Origin: an uncultured Bacilli bacterium
GTDB lineage: Bacteria; Bacillota_I; Bacilli_A; RFN20; CAG-449
Reading direction: 5' to 3'
Length of the DNA stretch: 64,000 nucleotides
NCBI GenBank assembly: GCA_944332075.1
Contig: CALVJL010000006.1
Location: forward strand, 30,862-94,861
Shown here: piece after piece, positions 48,955 to 58,840 of the stretch
How positions within the stretch are numbered: the stretch's first letter is position 1
Layout: each line of letters opens with the position of its first letter
Program-made: the position numbers and the translations under genes
Notes under the pieces: generated by a model
The model's input: the letters and a program-made list of their open reading frames with translations, nothing else
What the model was told of the DNA's origin: nothing
The model's database searches: none

Positions 48955-50701
48955 TTGTTACCTCCTTTAATGAAGTTACATCAATATAGAATGGTAATTT
49001 TGTACCATCATTATATGTGTTATTTGTTCCTTGGAAGAATTGTAAGCCAAAGTCATAAATGCTAAATGGTTTGGTATCTTCTTTCCATAATGTAGAATTA
49101 GTAAATCCATATCCGTAAGAGAATGTATTTCTGCCAGTTGCTTCAATTAATCTAAGTTGATCAAAGGTATTAAAGTCAATACCTAACTTATTACCGACAT
49201 AGCTATTAACATCGATTGAACCAGTTCCAACAGAATTGGTAATCGCGGTAAAAATAGCTTGCTTACTTGATAATTGTTCACCATTCCAAATATAATCTTC
49301 GCTATTAAATAAAAGTGTTCCAGTAGAGGTGACATTGCACTTGAAAATTCTATTATCGACGTGATAAATTCTCACACCGGTTTCTTCAACGCCTTTATTT
49401 CTGCCATAGATAATTTTATCACCAGCATCAAAAGCGTTATTTCCAGTCGGAGCATATAAATCGATTAAAATATATTCTGAGAACGGATTGAAATTAATTT
49501 TGATTTCGTCAGGTTTAAATCCTTGTTCGGTTTGAAGCTTAACTTGTTCATTAATTTCATTGTAGTTACTTGGTATAACAATAGCTTGATGATCGTTGAC
49601 CGAAGTATCTTGAAGTAAAATTTCGCTTCCTCCATAAACGACATAAGGTGTGACCCATCCTAAAAGAATCTTCGACATTGTGTCGAGATCACCGACGTTT
49701 TGATCCATCATTGTATATTGTCCAGCAGGGCGATAAGTTTGTGAATCAGTCGCATATAAGTCTTCTAAGCCTAATAAGTGTCCAGTTTCATGGATAAATG
49801 TATGTGAAGATAATTCAATAGAAGAAAGATCATCAAGAATAGGATTTTCATTGCTATCGTATTCGCAATAAGGTGTGTACATCATATCAAATGATGCCCA
49901 GGAGAATCCGGAAGTAGCAGCACCCCATTCAACTTGTTTATTAATAAATTCTTCACTCTTATAGCTTTCATAATCCCAGCTAGTCATATTCCAAAATGAT
50001 TGGTTAAGAGTAGCACCTGGATTAAGTTTGTTTTCAGTAGTGAAATCAAGTTGATCATAGACAAGCCAAATTCCGTCAATAAATCCATCCTTATCGTAAT
50101 CATAGTCAGTTAAATTAACACCTTGATCTTCAACTGCCCATTCAATTGCATTATGTAAAATTTCATTAATAATGGTTCCATCAATACCGGTAGTGATTTG
50201 GCTAGCATCAGTGATAGATGTATGCTCAGCGACATCAAACCAATCGGTAACTTCACCAGAGAAATGAAGTTTTCCATAACTTGATGTTTCATAATAAGTG
50301 CTAAGAGATGGATATCCTAAACGTGTATCGCCTTCTTTTCCGAAGAAAGTTGTTTCAATATCTTTTCTAACTTCTTCAGTGTTATATGTCGAACCAGGAA
50401 TATGAACAGGAATAACAAGCAATTTAACATCGCCTTCAGAAGGGCAAACTGTTTGGTTATTGGATAATAAACCAGAGAGAGCTTGATAGTCGATTGTCAT
50501 ATTAACGTTACGTGGAGCGATGTAGCATTCATCTAATTGTGAATTTGAATCACGGTAAATTTTTATCGTGGCTGTTCCATCATCTTCTTTGGTAACAAGA
50601 ATCGGTTCTTGGTTTGAACTGCCAGATGAAGGCTGTTCGTTACATGCTGCCAAAGAGAAGAGGCTAATACCAACTGCAAGTAAAGATACTATTTTTTTCA
50701 T
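48947..50701 (-). CDS. lipoprotein, putative zinc metallopeptidase (paralog)
   Basis: Lipobox LAAC and the motif FIHETGHLLGLEDLY. It shares the blocks TSSYGKLHFSGEVTDWFD and DKDGFIDGIW with its paralogs. Confidence 0.6.
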   Translation of the reverse strand: MKKIVSLLAVGISLFSLAACNEQPSSGSSNQEPILVTKEDDGTATIKIYRDSNSQLDECYIAPRNVNMTIDYQALSGLLSNNQTVCPSEGDVKLLVIPVHIPGSTYNTEEVRKDIETTFFGKEGDTRLGYPSLSTYYETSSYGKLHFSGEVTDWFDVAEHTSITDASQITTGIDGTIINEILHNAIEWAVEDQGVNLTDYDYDKDGFIDGIWLVYDQLDFTTENKLNPGATLNQSFWNMTSWDYESYKSEEFINKQVEWGAATSGFSWASFDMMYTPYCEYDSNENPILDDLSSIELSSHTFIHETGHLLGLEDLYATDSQTYRPAGQYTMMDQNVGDLDTMSKILLGWVTPYVVYGGSEILLQDTSVNDHQAIVIPSNYNEINEQVKLQTEQGFKPDEIKINFNPFSEYILIDLYAPTGNNAFDAGDKIIYGRNKGVEETGVRIYHVDNRIFKCNVTSTGTLLFNSEDYIWNGEQLSSKQAIFTAITNSVGTGSIDVNSYVGNKLGIDFNTFDQLRLIEATGRNTFSYGYGFTNSTLWKEDTKPFSIYDFGLQFFQGTNNTYNDGTKLPFYIDVTSLKEVTNA

Positions 50702-50881
50702 GGTTTTCTCTTGATAGTTAATTAATATAATTAATTAAATATAACTAAAAATTTCCTCCTTGTTTATAAATATATTTAAAGAGTTAGTAAGTTGCAACCA
50801 ATAATTTAAAATCTAGAAAATTCTTAGATTTTTATAAAAGGTTACAAAACAAAAAAAACACCTGCTAAGCAGGTGCTAAAA

Positions 50882-52468
50882 TTAATGTTTAGCCATTAAA
50901 GATTTGATAAATTCAATCTCTTCATCGGCTTTGAGACGTGGGAAGAGTGGATCGCCTTTAACTAAATGTTCTCCACCTAAAACGTCAAATTTTTCTAAAG
51001 AATCATATCCTTGATATTCTTTTTCAATACCTAATTGATTGAAAAGTTTTTCTGTGCTATCAAGAAAGACAATCTTTAACATAATCGCACATTGTCTTAA
51101 AGCGTTAGCTAAGTGATTCATAACTGACGCTAATTCGTCTTTTTTACTCTCATCCTTTGCTAAAGCCCAAGGTTTACTTTCTTCGACATACTTATTAGCG
51201 CGCGCAATGTAGTCGAAGATAGAAGCAACTGCTTCAGTTACGTGTAAAGTATCCATGTTTGTCTTAAAGGAATTAATGGATGCTTTACCAACGCTTTCCA
51301 ATTCTTTGTCTAAAGAAGTTAATGCACCTTGATAAGCTGGGATAACTCCGTCGAAATATTTAAAAATCATTCCGGAAGTACGGTTGAGAAGATTACCAAA
51401 ATCATTAGCTAAGTCGATATTATAACGTTCGACAAACTGTTCTGGAGTGAAGGTTCCATCGCTTCCAAAAATAGTTTCTCTAACTAAGTAATAACGAACT
51501 GTATCAAGTCCATAACGCTCAATTAATGGATATGGATCAACAACGTTACCTTTCGATTTGCTCATCTTGCCGTCTTTCATCATCAAAAGGCCATGGACGA
51601 AGACTTTATCAGGCAATCTTAAGCCTAAAGCCATTAAGAAAATCGGCCAATAAATGACATGGAAACGTGTAATATCGTTGCCGACTAAATGCAAGATATA
51701 AGTATCATCAGACCAGAATTTTTTAAATAATTCATCATTATCAGATAAGTATCCTAAAGCCGAGATATAGTTAAGTAAAGCATCAAGCCAAACATAAACT
51801 ACATGACGCGGATTCTCTTTTACTTGAATGCCCCAAGTAAATGAAGTTCTTGAAACGCAAAGATCTTCAAGACCTGGTTCAAGGAAGTTCTTTATCATCT
51901 CGTTTTTTCTTGATTCTGGAGTAATGAAATCAGGATGAGTTTTATAAAAATCCATCAATCTATCAGCATATTTGCTCATTTTGAAGAAATATGCTTCTTC
52001 TTTAGCTTTATGGCAAGGACGTCCGCAATCCGGGCAAAGGTGATCATCACCTTGAACTTGTGTGTCAGTCCAGAAAGATTCACAAGGTGTGCAATACCAA
52101 CCTTCGTATTCACCGAGATAGATATCCCCTTGATTTAACATTCTTGTAAAGACTTTTTGAACGACATCCATATGACGTTGTTCTGTAGTTCTAATATAGT
52201 CATCGTTGCTAATTCTAAGCGTCTTCCAAAGTTTTTGGATACCAGTTACGATTTCATCAACGAATTCTTGAGGTGTCTTTCCAGCAGCTTCAGCATTTTT
52301 TTGAATTTTTTCACCATGTTCATCAGTACCGGTTAAAAAATAAGTCTCATCACCTTTTTCGCGATGATAACGAGCGATGACATCGGCTAAAGTCGTGCAA
52401 TAAGCGTGACCGATATGAAGCTTAGCACTCGGATAATAAATCGGTGTTGTAATATAAAACTTTCCCAT
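50882..52468 (-). CDS. metG: methionine--tRNA ligase (short form without C-terminal tRNA-binding domain)
   Basis: HIGH motif (PSAKLHIGHAY), KMSKS motif, and a zinc knuckle CPDCGRPC. 528 aa. Confidence 0.9.
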   Translation of the reverse strand: MGKFYITTPIYYPSAKLHIGHAYCTTLADVIARYHREKGDETYFLTGTDEHGEKIQKNAEAAGKTPQEFVDEIVTGIQKLWKTLRISNDDYIRTTEQRHMDVVQKVFTRMLNQGDIYLGEYEGWYCTPCESFWTDTQVQGDDHLCPDCGRPCHKAKEEAYFFKMSKYADRLMDFYKTHPDFITPESRKNEMIKNFLEPGLEDLCVSRTSFTWGIQVKENPRHVVYVWLDALLNYISALGYLSDNDELFKKFWSDDTYILHLVGNDITRFHVIYWPIFLMALGLRLPDKVFVHGLLMMKDGKMSKSKGNVVDPYPLIERYGLDTVRYYLVRETIFGSDGTFTPEQFVERYNIDLANDFGNLLNRTSGMIFKYFDGVIPAYQGALTSLDKELESVGKASINSFKTNMDTLHVTEAVASIFDYIARANKYVEESKPWALAKDESKKDELASVMNHLANALRQCAIMLKIVFLDSTEKLFNQLGIEKEYQGYDSLEKFDVLGGEHLVKGDPLFPRLKADEEIEFIKSLMAKH

Positions 52469-52479
52469 ATCTTCCTCCT

Positions 52480-52510
52480 AAAATAAAAAGCCATCCGGCA
52501 GGATGGCTAA
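52480..52510 (-). terminator. intrinsic terminator after rpmE, just upstream of the metG RBS
   Basis: agccatccggcaggatggct stem (52489-52508), flanked by an A-rich run on the left and a T-rich run on the right. Confidence 0.65.
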
Positions 52511-52521
52511 TTGTTTGTTTT

Positions 52522-52725
52522 TTACTTGATTCCGTATTTCTTGTTGAAACGATCAATACGTCCATCTGCTTGTGTAAATCTTTGTTTACCGGTGTAGAAT
52601 GGATGGCATTTAGCACATGTATCAACCCGGATTTCTTTCATGGTTGAACCAGTCATGAAAGTGTTACCGCATGTAACGCATGTGACTTTGCATTGATAAT
52701 ACTTTGGGTGAATTCCTTGTTTCAT
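52522..52725 (-). CDS. rpmE: 50S ribosomal protein L31 (zinc-ribbon type)
   Basis: 67 aa, MKQGIHPKY..., CxxC...CxxC. Confidence 0.9.
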   Translation of the reverse strand: MKQGIHPKYYQCKVTCVTCGNTFMTGSTMKEIRVDTCAKCHPFYTGKQRFTQADGRIDRFNKKYGIK

Positions 52726-53011
52726 CTTTGTACTCCTTCCGCCTTAAATCTCCAATCGATTTAAAGAAAGCTTCGTAAAGCCGTTGATATAATAGCAAAT
52801 AATTATCTCTTTAATCAAGTAAAAAAATTAAATATATTATTGTTTTTATTACATATTAACAATTATGTTCAAAATAAACCTTTACTATAAGTAAAGATGA
52901 TTAGATTTATATTCATTTTCAAAATAATAGTATCGCTAAGTAAAACTATTATTTGCAAAACTATAACAAACGTTTAATATTGTCTTTTTTTATATGCTAT
53001 ACTTTGACTAG

Positions 53012-53581
53012 GTGAAATATATGACCAAAAGAAGCCAAAAAACAAAAGATAGTTTACGTCGTGCACTTTTAGAATTACTCGTTCAAAAAGGCATCGCGGA
53101 AATAACCGTTACCGAATTATGTCTGCACGCAAATATTCATAGAAAAACTTTTTATTCCTATTACCATAACACAATGGATATTCTCGACGAACTTTTTCAA
53201 GAGTTAATCAGCGATATCTCTGCTATCCATGTCGAACTTTTACTCGGAAACTTTAAAAACTTTGAAGTCTTTTTCCAATATGTTGATAATTTTATTTTAA
53301 AAAATATTGAATACTACCAATTACTTTCAAAAACTAATCAATACATTATTTTTATTAATAAAGTTGATGATTATTTTTCAAAGACACTTCTTGAAAAATT
53401 TGATAAAGATTTCAAATTATTTTCTTCTGTAAACAAATATACAATTTACTTTTTGGTTTCTGGCATAGCCAACCTTTATATGCGTTGGATAAAAGATCCT
53501 AATCAATGTCCGATTTCATATATTTCTTCAACATGCACGGTTATGTGCAATAAGCTTTTATCATTGAAAGGAACAAATTAG
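53012..53581 (+). CDS. TetR/AcrR-family transcriptional regulator
   Basis: N-terminal TetR-type HTH (LRRALLELLVQKGIAEITVTELCLHANIHRKTFYSYY). Confidence 0.75.
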   Translation: MKYMTKRSQKTKDSLRRALLELLVQKGIAEITVTELCLHANIHRKTFYSYYHNTMDILDELFQELISDISAIHVELLLGNFKNFEVFFQYVDNFILKNIEYYQLLSKTNQYIIFINKVDDYFSKTLLEKFDKDFKLFSSVNKYTIYFLVSGIANLYMRWIKDPNQCPISYISSTCTVMCNKLLSLKGTN

Positions 53582-53583
53582 AT

Positions 53584-54783
53584 ATGGAAAAAATTGCTGA
53601 AAAATTAATACGTTACGCAAAGATTGATACAATGTCCGATGAACATTCTTCAACTTATCCATCAACTGCTAAGCAATTAAACTTAGCAAAAGTCTTAAAA
53701 GCTGAACTCGATAAAATGCATATTGAATCTTATATTGATGAGTATGGCTTAGTCTATGCAAAACTAGATGGAGATGATAGTAAAGAAAAAATCGGTCTTA
53801 TCGCTCATATGGATACCTCTCCATCATTGCAGGGAGGTAATTTTGAACCGAGAATTATCAATAATTATGATGGAAAAGATATAATCCTTAACGATACTTA
53901 TACTTTATCAGTAAACGACTTTCCTTCACTAAAAAGCAAAAAAGGCAAAACATTAATTGTAACTGATGGTGAACATTTATTAGGCGGTGATGATAAAGCC
54001 GGTATCTCAATAATTATGTCAGTTCTTGAATACTTTGTTTCACATCCTGAAATTAAACATCACCCGATTAGAGTTTGTTTTACACCAGATGAAGAAATCG
54101 GTGCTGGTGCAGATCATTTTTCTACAGAGAAAATGGATGCAGATTTTGCCTATACCATTGACGGAGGTAGTGAAGAAGAAATCTCTTATGAAAACTTCAA
54201 TGCTTCAGCAGCTCATGTTGAAATTGAAGGTGTAGGAATCCATCCAGGCGATGCAAAGGGTAAAATGGTCAATGCTGCGTTATTAGCTATTGAATTTAAC
54301 AATCTTTTACCTAGTTTGCAAATTCCTTCATTAACTGAAGGCTATGAAGGTTTTATCCATCTTGATCATATTGACGGAGATGTTGAAAAAGCTGTTCTTG
54401 ATTACATTATCCGCGACCATGATTACTCAAAGTTAAAAGAAAAAGAACGCCAGTTAGAATTAGCTGCTGAAACCATTCAAAAGCGTTATCCTCACGGTAA
54501 AGTTTCTTTAACAATCAAAGAGCAATATTTAAATATGAAACAATGCTTTGATAAGGATTTTTCACCTATTGAGAAATTAGTCAAAGCTCATGAAAACGTT
54601 AATGTTCCATATAAATTTATCGCTATTCGCGGTGGAACCGATGGAGCGAGAATTTCCTATATGGGGTTACCATGCCCTAATGTCGGTACCGGCGATTATG
54701 CTTGCCACGGCAGATATGAGCATGTCGTCGTTGAAGAAATGGAAGATATGTGCAAGGTTTTAATTAACCTTTTATCTCTCTAA
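53584..54783 (+). CDS. pepT: peptidase T (tripeptide aminopeptidase, M20B)
   Basis: N-terminus MEKIAEKLIRYAKIDTMSDEHS, zinc ligands H/D/E in the conserved M20 arrangement (IAHMDT, GGDDKAG). 399 aa. Confidence 0.85.
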   Translation: MEKIAEKLIRYAKIDTMSDEHSSTYPSTAKQLNLAKVLKAELDKMHIESYIDEYGLVYAKLDGDDSKEKIGLIAHMDTSPSLQGGNFEPRIINNYDGKDIILNDTYTLSVNDFPSLKSKKGKTLIVTDGEHLLGGDDKAGISIIMSVLEYFVSHPEIKHHPIRVCFTPDEEIGAGADHFSTEKMDADFAYTIDGGSEEEISYENFNASAAHVEIEGVGIHPGDAKGKMVNAALLAIEFNNLLPSLQIPSLTEGYEGFIHLDHIDGDVEKAVLDYIIRDHDYSKLKEKERQLELAAETIQKRYPHGKVSLTIKEQYLNMKQCFDKDFSPIEKLVKAHENVNVPYKFIAIRGGTDGARISYMGLPCPNVGTGDYACHGRYEHVVVEEMEDMCKVLINLLSL

Positions 54784-55226
54784 CGTTTTTTGCGAAAATA
54801 ATTACTTATAATTAATGAGCATTTCTCATCCGGGAGATAACTCACTAACGGATAATGATTGAGATTGCTTAAAGAATTTATATCAAAAAAAGTACCAAGC
54901 GCACCGGTTTTTAATGACTTAGCCCCATAGATAATCCGTTTCACATGTGCTTGCTGCAAGGCTGAAGCACACATTAGACAAGGTTCTAAAGTCACATATA
55001 CTTCACAGTTATCTAGCCTCCAAGAATTTAATTTCTCCGAGGCTTTTTTCATAGCCTCAATTTCAGCATGGCTAATAACTGATTTATTTTTCTCTCTTTG
55101 ATTGTATCCGCGAGCGATTATTTCATCATTTAAAACGATGACGCAACCAATTGGCACTTCATCAATCTGCTCAGCTTTTATAGCTTCTAGATATGCTTGC
55201 TCAAGATAATACTTATCGTCTTTCAT
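54780..55226 (-). CDS. tadA: tRNA-specific adenosine deaminase
   Basis: CDA fold motifs HAEIEAM and PCLMCASAL. 148 aa. Confidence 0.85.
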   Translation of the reverse strand: MKDDKYYLEQAYLEAIKAEQIDEVPIGCVIVLNDEIIARGYNQREKNKSVISHAEIEAMKKASEKLNSWRLDNCEVYVTLEPCLMCASALQQAHVKRIIYGAKSLKTGALGTFFDINSLSNLNHYPLVSYLPDEKCSLIISNYFRKKR

Positions 55227-55231
55227 AAAAA

Positions 55232-55318
55232 TAAAACCACCGCACAGACAATGTTTGCTTAAGGCTGCTACATTCCTGTCCTGACCTGGTTCACATCATT
55301 GAATCGCGATGGCATTAA
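55232..55318 (-). ncRNA. ffs: signal recognition particle RNA (small 4.5S type)
   Basis: Minus-strand sequence ...GAACCAGGUCAGGACAGGAAUGUAGCAGCCUUAAGCAA... matches the conserved SRP RNA domain IV core (E. coli ACCAGGUCAGGUCCGGAAGGAAGCAGCCAAGGCAG). The flanking arms pair (CCAUCGCG with CGUGCGGUGG, CAAUG with CAUUG) into a closing helix. Ends are approximate. Confidence 0.65.
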
Positions 55319-55397
55319 TATCATAAACAAAGACTGATCAAATAACAATTATTTTTAATTTCATTTTGTTATAATAATAGCGATGTGAGGTAAAAAT

Positions 55398-56378
55398 ATG
55401 AATATTGGGATTATCGGAACCGGTTCAATTGCTAGAACAATCTGTAAAACTTTAAATACTTTAAAAGACCCAGAAATTGTTCTTTACGCTTGTGCATCGC
55501 GCAGAGAAGAAAAAAGCAAATTATTTGCCGAAGAAAATAATATTAAACATTTCTATGGATCATATGAGGCAATGTTAAAAGATTCTAACGTTGATTTAGT
55601 TTATATAGCAACTCCGCATTCAGAGCATTATAAGCATATCAAAATGTCTTTAGAGCATAATAAAAACGTATTATGTGAGAAGCCTTTATGCGTTAACTAT
55701 AAACAAGCCGAAGCGATGTTTAAATTAGCGGATGAAAAGAAACTGTTATTGCAAGAAGCGTTTTGGACGCGTTTTACTCCTGCTAGTAAGTATTTAAAAA
55801 CATTAATGGCATCTTTTAATAATGTTTCACAAGTCAAAATAACCTTTGGAATGTATCTCAAACATATTAAAAGGCTGAGCAATCCTTCTTTAGCCGGTGG
55901 AGCTCTTCTCGATTTAGGGGTATACCCTATCTCGATGGCGATGAATTTATTAGGAAATGATTGTCAGCTTACCGATTTAAAATATCATCTTTTAAAAACC
56001 GGCGTAGATAAAGATGATGACATAACATTAATTTTTAATAACAAAACTATAGTCAATATAAGAATTTCTATGGCTAAGCCTATGTTTAGCAATTTCACTT
56101 TAAAAGCAGAGAATGGCTCACTTAAAGTAAAAGGAATAAATCTTCATAAAAAAGCAGAAGTAAATTTTAATAATCATGTCACAAAAGTTAATTTCAACAA
56201 CATAGTAAACGGCTACGAATATCAGTTTATAAAAGTCAAAGAAGCTTTAAAAAATAATTTATTGCAATGCCAAGAAATGACAAAGGAAGATTCTTTAGCA
56301 ATTCTTAAAGTTCTCGATGAAATCAGAAAAAAGGAAAATATTGTCTATCCTTTTGAAAAGTTAAACTATGGTTTATAA
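55398..56378 (+). CDS. Gfo/Idh/MocA-family NAD(P)-dependent oxidoreductase
   Basis: N-terminal Rossmann motif IGIIGTGSIA and EKP motif (LCEKPL). Confidence 0.75.
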   Translation: MNIGIIGTGSIARTICKTLNTLKDPEIVLYACASRREEKSKLFAEENNIKHFYGSYEAMLKDSNVDLVYIATPHSEHYKHIKMSLEHNKNVLCEKPLCVNYKQAEAMFKLADEKKLLLQEAFWTRFTPASKYLKTLMASFNNVSQVKITFGMYLKHIKRLSNPSLAGGALLDLGVYPISMAMNLLGNDCQLTDLKYHLLKTGVDKDDDITLIFNNKTIVNIRISMAKPMFSNFTLKAENGSLKVKGINLHKKAEVNFNNHVTKVNFNNIVNGYEYQFIKVKEALKNNLLQCQEMTKEDSLAILKVLDEIRKKENIVYPFEKLNYGL

Positions 56379-56402
56379 ATATCCTCTAAATTTTTAAAAA
56401 GG

Positions 56403-58001
56403 ATGAGTTTTATGAAAAAGAAAATATATTTAGCTTTATTAATTTTACCATTTTTAACATCTTGTGGACTTTTTAGTTCTCCAGCAACCGGTGAAATTGA
56501 AATCACTTTAAATGACGATGAGAGTTTTGATAATTATTATTCTCCAGAAGAAGTAAGAATTGTTGACACCTATAAAACTTTACAGTTTCAAACCGGACAC
56601 ATCGTTATGCCTTCAACTGGTGATGTCAATGTTTTAGTTGTTCCTATCATTATTCGCGGATATGAAGAAACAGCGACTGAAAGCTATTTATCATTACTTG
56701 ACGAAGCATTTAATTCTACCTCTCCTCTAAAAGGAGGGTACCCTTCTGTTCATACCTATTATGAAGAATCAAGTTTTGGCAAATTAAATATTCATGCCGA
56801 TATATTAAACTGGGTTGATTTATGGGAATACGGTCTTTTATCTAATAATGTAACAGCGGGCAGTCTAACGCAAAATCAATTAATTAACGCGCTTAGAAGA
56901 TTAATGGAGAATTATGTTTATAAGCAAGATTTAGATTTTTCAAGTTATGATAAAGACAAAGATGGTTTTTTAGATCAAGTGTACTTTATTTACTCAGCCT
57001 ATGATTATCATACTTTAGAAGATTTACTTCACGATTATGATCAAAACGTTAACCCATCAGCATATAATAACGACGTATTTTGGTCATATACTATAACAAC
57101 CACGACTTCAACACCATTTACCGATGCATTAGTTCCAGAGCTATCTACATTTACTATTACATCATTTGATACCCTTCTCACTGGATATTGTGATTATGTA
57201 ACTAGGACTGAAGCTGGAAAGCGTTATGAAGTTCCAGTTATTAGTGAAGATAATAATCTATCACCTCAGACGATAATCCATGAAACCGGTCATGCATTAG
57301 GACTAGAAGATTATTATAACTATGGCGATGATGTCTATTATTCACCGATGGGCAGATTGACGATGATGGATCTTAATGCTGGTGATTTTGATACTTATTC
57401 CAAATTAGCCTTAGGATGGATCAAACCTTACTTAGTCTATGGTAATAGTAAGATAACTTTAACTTCATCTTCTCTAAATCCTAATCAATGCATTGTTATT
57501 GATAATAATCAAACACGAAATAATTTTAATCCATTTGATGAATTTTTATTAGTGGAGTACTATACACCTAATGGATTAAATCAATATGATATAAACACCG
57601 TTCTTAACGGATATGTACCTTTGCCTTCTTTAAGCGGATATAAATTATACCATGTCGATAACAGGGGTTTTATTATACGTGGCGGAAGTTTGTATAAGGA
57701 ATATAATGCTTTAACGGATTCGGTATTACCGCGTTCTGTCGTTTTACCAATTGTAAACACCTTATCCGGGGAACGATGCGAAGAAGAACAATATCATAGT
57801 TCACTTTTAAAAAATGAATTTGATCAAATTAGATTAATTGAAGCAAATGGTAATCGTTCTTTTGATGACGGAGGTTATTTTACTTCTTCCACATTATTTC
57901 AAGGCAATAATTCATTCTCTGTAAATAAATTTTCAAAATATTTCATCAATAAAACCTTTAACGATGGAACAACTTTTGATTATGTAATCAGTTTTAAATA
58001 G
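56403..58001 (+). CDS. lipoprotein, putative zinc metallopeptidase (third paralog)
   Basis: Lipobox LTSC and the motif IIHETGHALGLEDYY. It shares the blocks ESSFGKLNIHADILNWVD and DKDGFLDQVY with its paralogs. Confidence 0.6.
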   Translation: MSFMKKKIYLALLILPFLTSCGLFSSPATGEIEITLNDDESFDNYYSPEEVRIVDTYKTLQFQTGHIVMPSTGDVNVLVVPIIIRGYEETATESYLSLLDEAFNSTSPLKGGYPSVHTYYEESSFGKLNIHADILNWVDLWEYGLLSNNVTAGSLTQNQLINALRRLMENYVYKQDLDFSSYDKDKDGFLDQVYFIYSAYDYHTLEDLLHDYDQNVNPSAYNNDVFWSYTITTTTSTPFTDALVPELSTFTITSFDTLLTGYCDYVTRTEAGKRYEVPVISEDNNLSPQTIIHETGHALGLEDYYNYGDDVYYSPMGRLTMMDLNAGDFDTYSKLALGWIKPYLVYGNSKITLTSSSLNPNQCIVIDNNQTRNNFNPFDEFLLVEYYTPNGLNQYDINTVLNGYVPLPSLSGYKLYHVDNRGFIIRGGSLYKEYNALTDSVLPRSVVLPIVNTLSGERCEEEQYHSSLLKNEFDQIRLIEANGNRSFDDGGYFTSSTLFQGNNSFSVNKFSKYFINKTFNDGTTFDYVISFK

Positions 58002-58061
58002 ATTTATTTTAATATTAATTGATAACTGATAATATTATACTAACGGAAAGGGTTATATTTT

Positions 58062-58721
58062 ATGACTGAAAAAATAAAAAATATCAAGAATTCAAAAAGC
58101 GTAAAAAAGGCTAATGGTCTTATGGCTGAATTCAAAAAATTTATTACTAGAGGCAACGTTCTCGACTTATCTGTTGGTGTTATTATGGGTTCAGCTTTTG
58201 GGGCCATAGTAACTGCTTTTACCAATATTTTATTATCTTTAGCTACTTGGGGTGTTCCTGGAGGACTAAACGGCTTAGTAACTGTCTTGCCGGCATTAAA
58301 TTCATCACAGATTTCTCCTCTTGGAAAAGAGTATCAAATTATTACTACTCAACAATTTGTTTCCGGGATTAAAATCGGTGACGTTACCTATAATCAATCA
58401 GCTTTATCAACTCTTTATAATTCTATTGGAGGTCGGTATTACTATAAAGGATTAGCTATTATCAATTGGGGCTCAATTATTAATGCTGTGATTTCTTTTA
58501 TCATTATCGCTTTAGTTTTATTTATTATTCTTAAAGTTTATACTTCATTAAGAAATCTTAGAGAAAAAAGAGCTAAAGCTAAACTTGAAGCCTATTATCA
58601 AGCCCATCCAGAAGAACGACCTAAGCCAGAAGTTAAAGGTCCAACCGAGATTGATTTGCTCACTAGCATCAATGAGAGTTTAAAGATTTTAGCTGAAAAA
58701 GAAGCTCCAAAAAAAGAATAA
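58062..58721 (+). CDS. mscL: large-conductance mechanosensitive channel with enlarged periplasmic loop; start possibly at the internal ATG 58122
   Basis: MAEFKKFITRGNVLDLSVGVIMGSAFGAIV is the canonical MscL TM1 signature. A second TM and a charged C-terminal helix are present. The loop between the TMs is about 80 aa longer than usual. Confidence 0.75.
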   Translation: MTEKIKNIKNSKSVKKANGLMAEFKKFITRGNVLDLSVGVIMGSAFGAIVTAFTNILLSLATWGVPGGLNGLVTVLPALNSSQISPLGKEYQIITTQQFVSGIKIGDVTYNQSALSTLYNSIGGRYYYKGLAIINWGSIINAVISFIIIALVLFIILKVYTSLRNLREKRAKAKLEAYYQAHPEERPKPEVKGPTEIDLLTSINESLKILAEKEAPKKE

Positions 58722-58724
58722 AAA

Positions 58725-58752
58725 TTAGGTTCCGTCAAGGAACCTTTTTTAC
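58725..58752 (+). terminator. intrinsic terminator after mscL
   Basis: aggttccgtcaaggaacct hairpin followed by a T6 run. Confidence 0.7.
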
Positions 58753-58840
58753 TGAAAAAATATATTCAAATTTATTGTATTTTAATAACTAAAATAATAT
58801 TATTTTTATCGTAGAAATTTAGGTTTGAGGAAAAAGTAAA

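Noticed and set aside
50882-52520. Possible T-box leader upstream of metG
   Set aside because: Only about 53 nt separate rpmE from metG. That space is occupied by a simple terminator hairpin and the metG RBS, which is too short for a T-box riboswitch.
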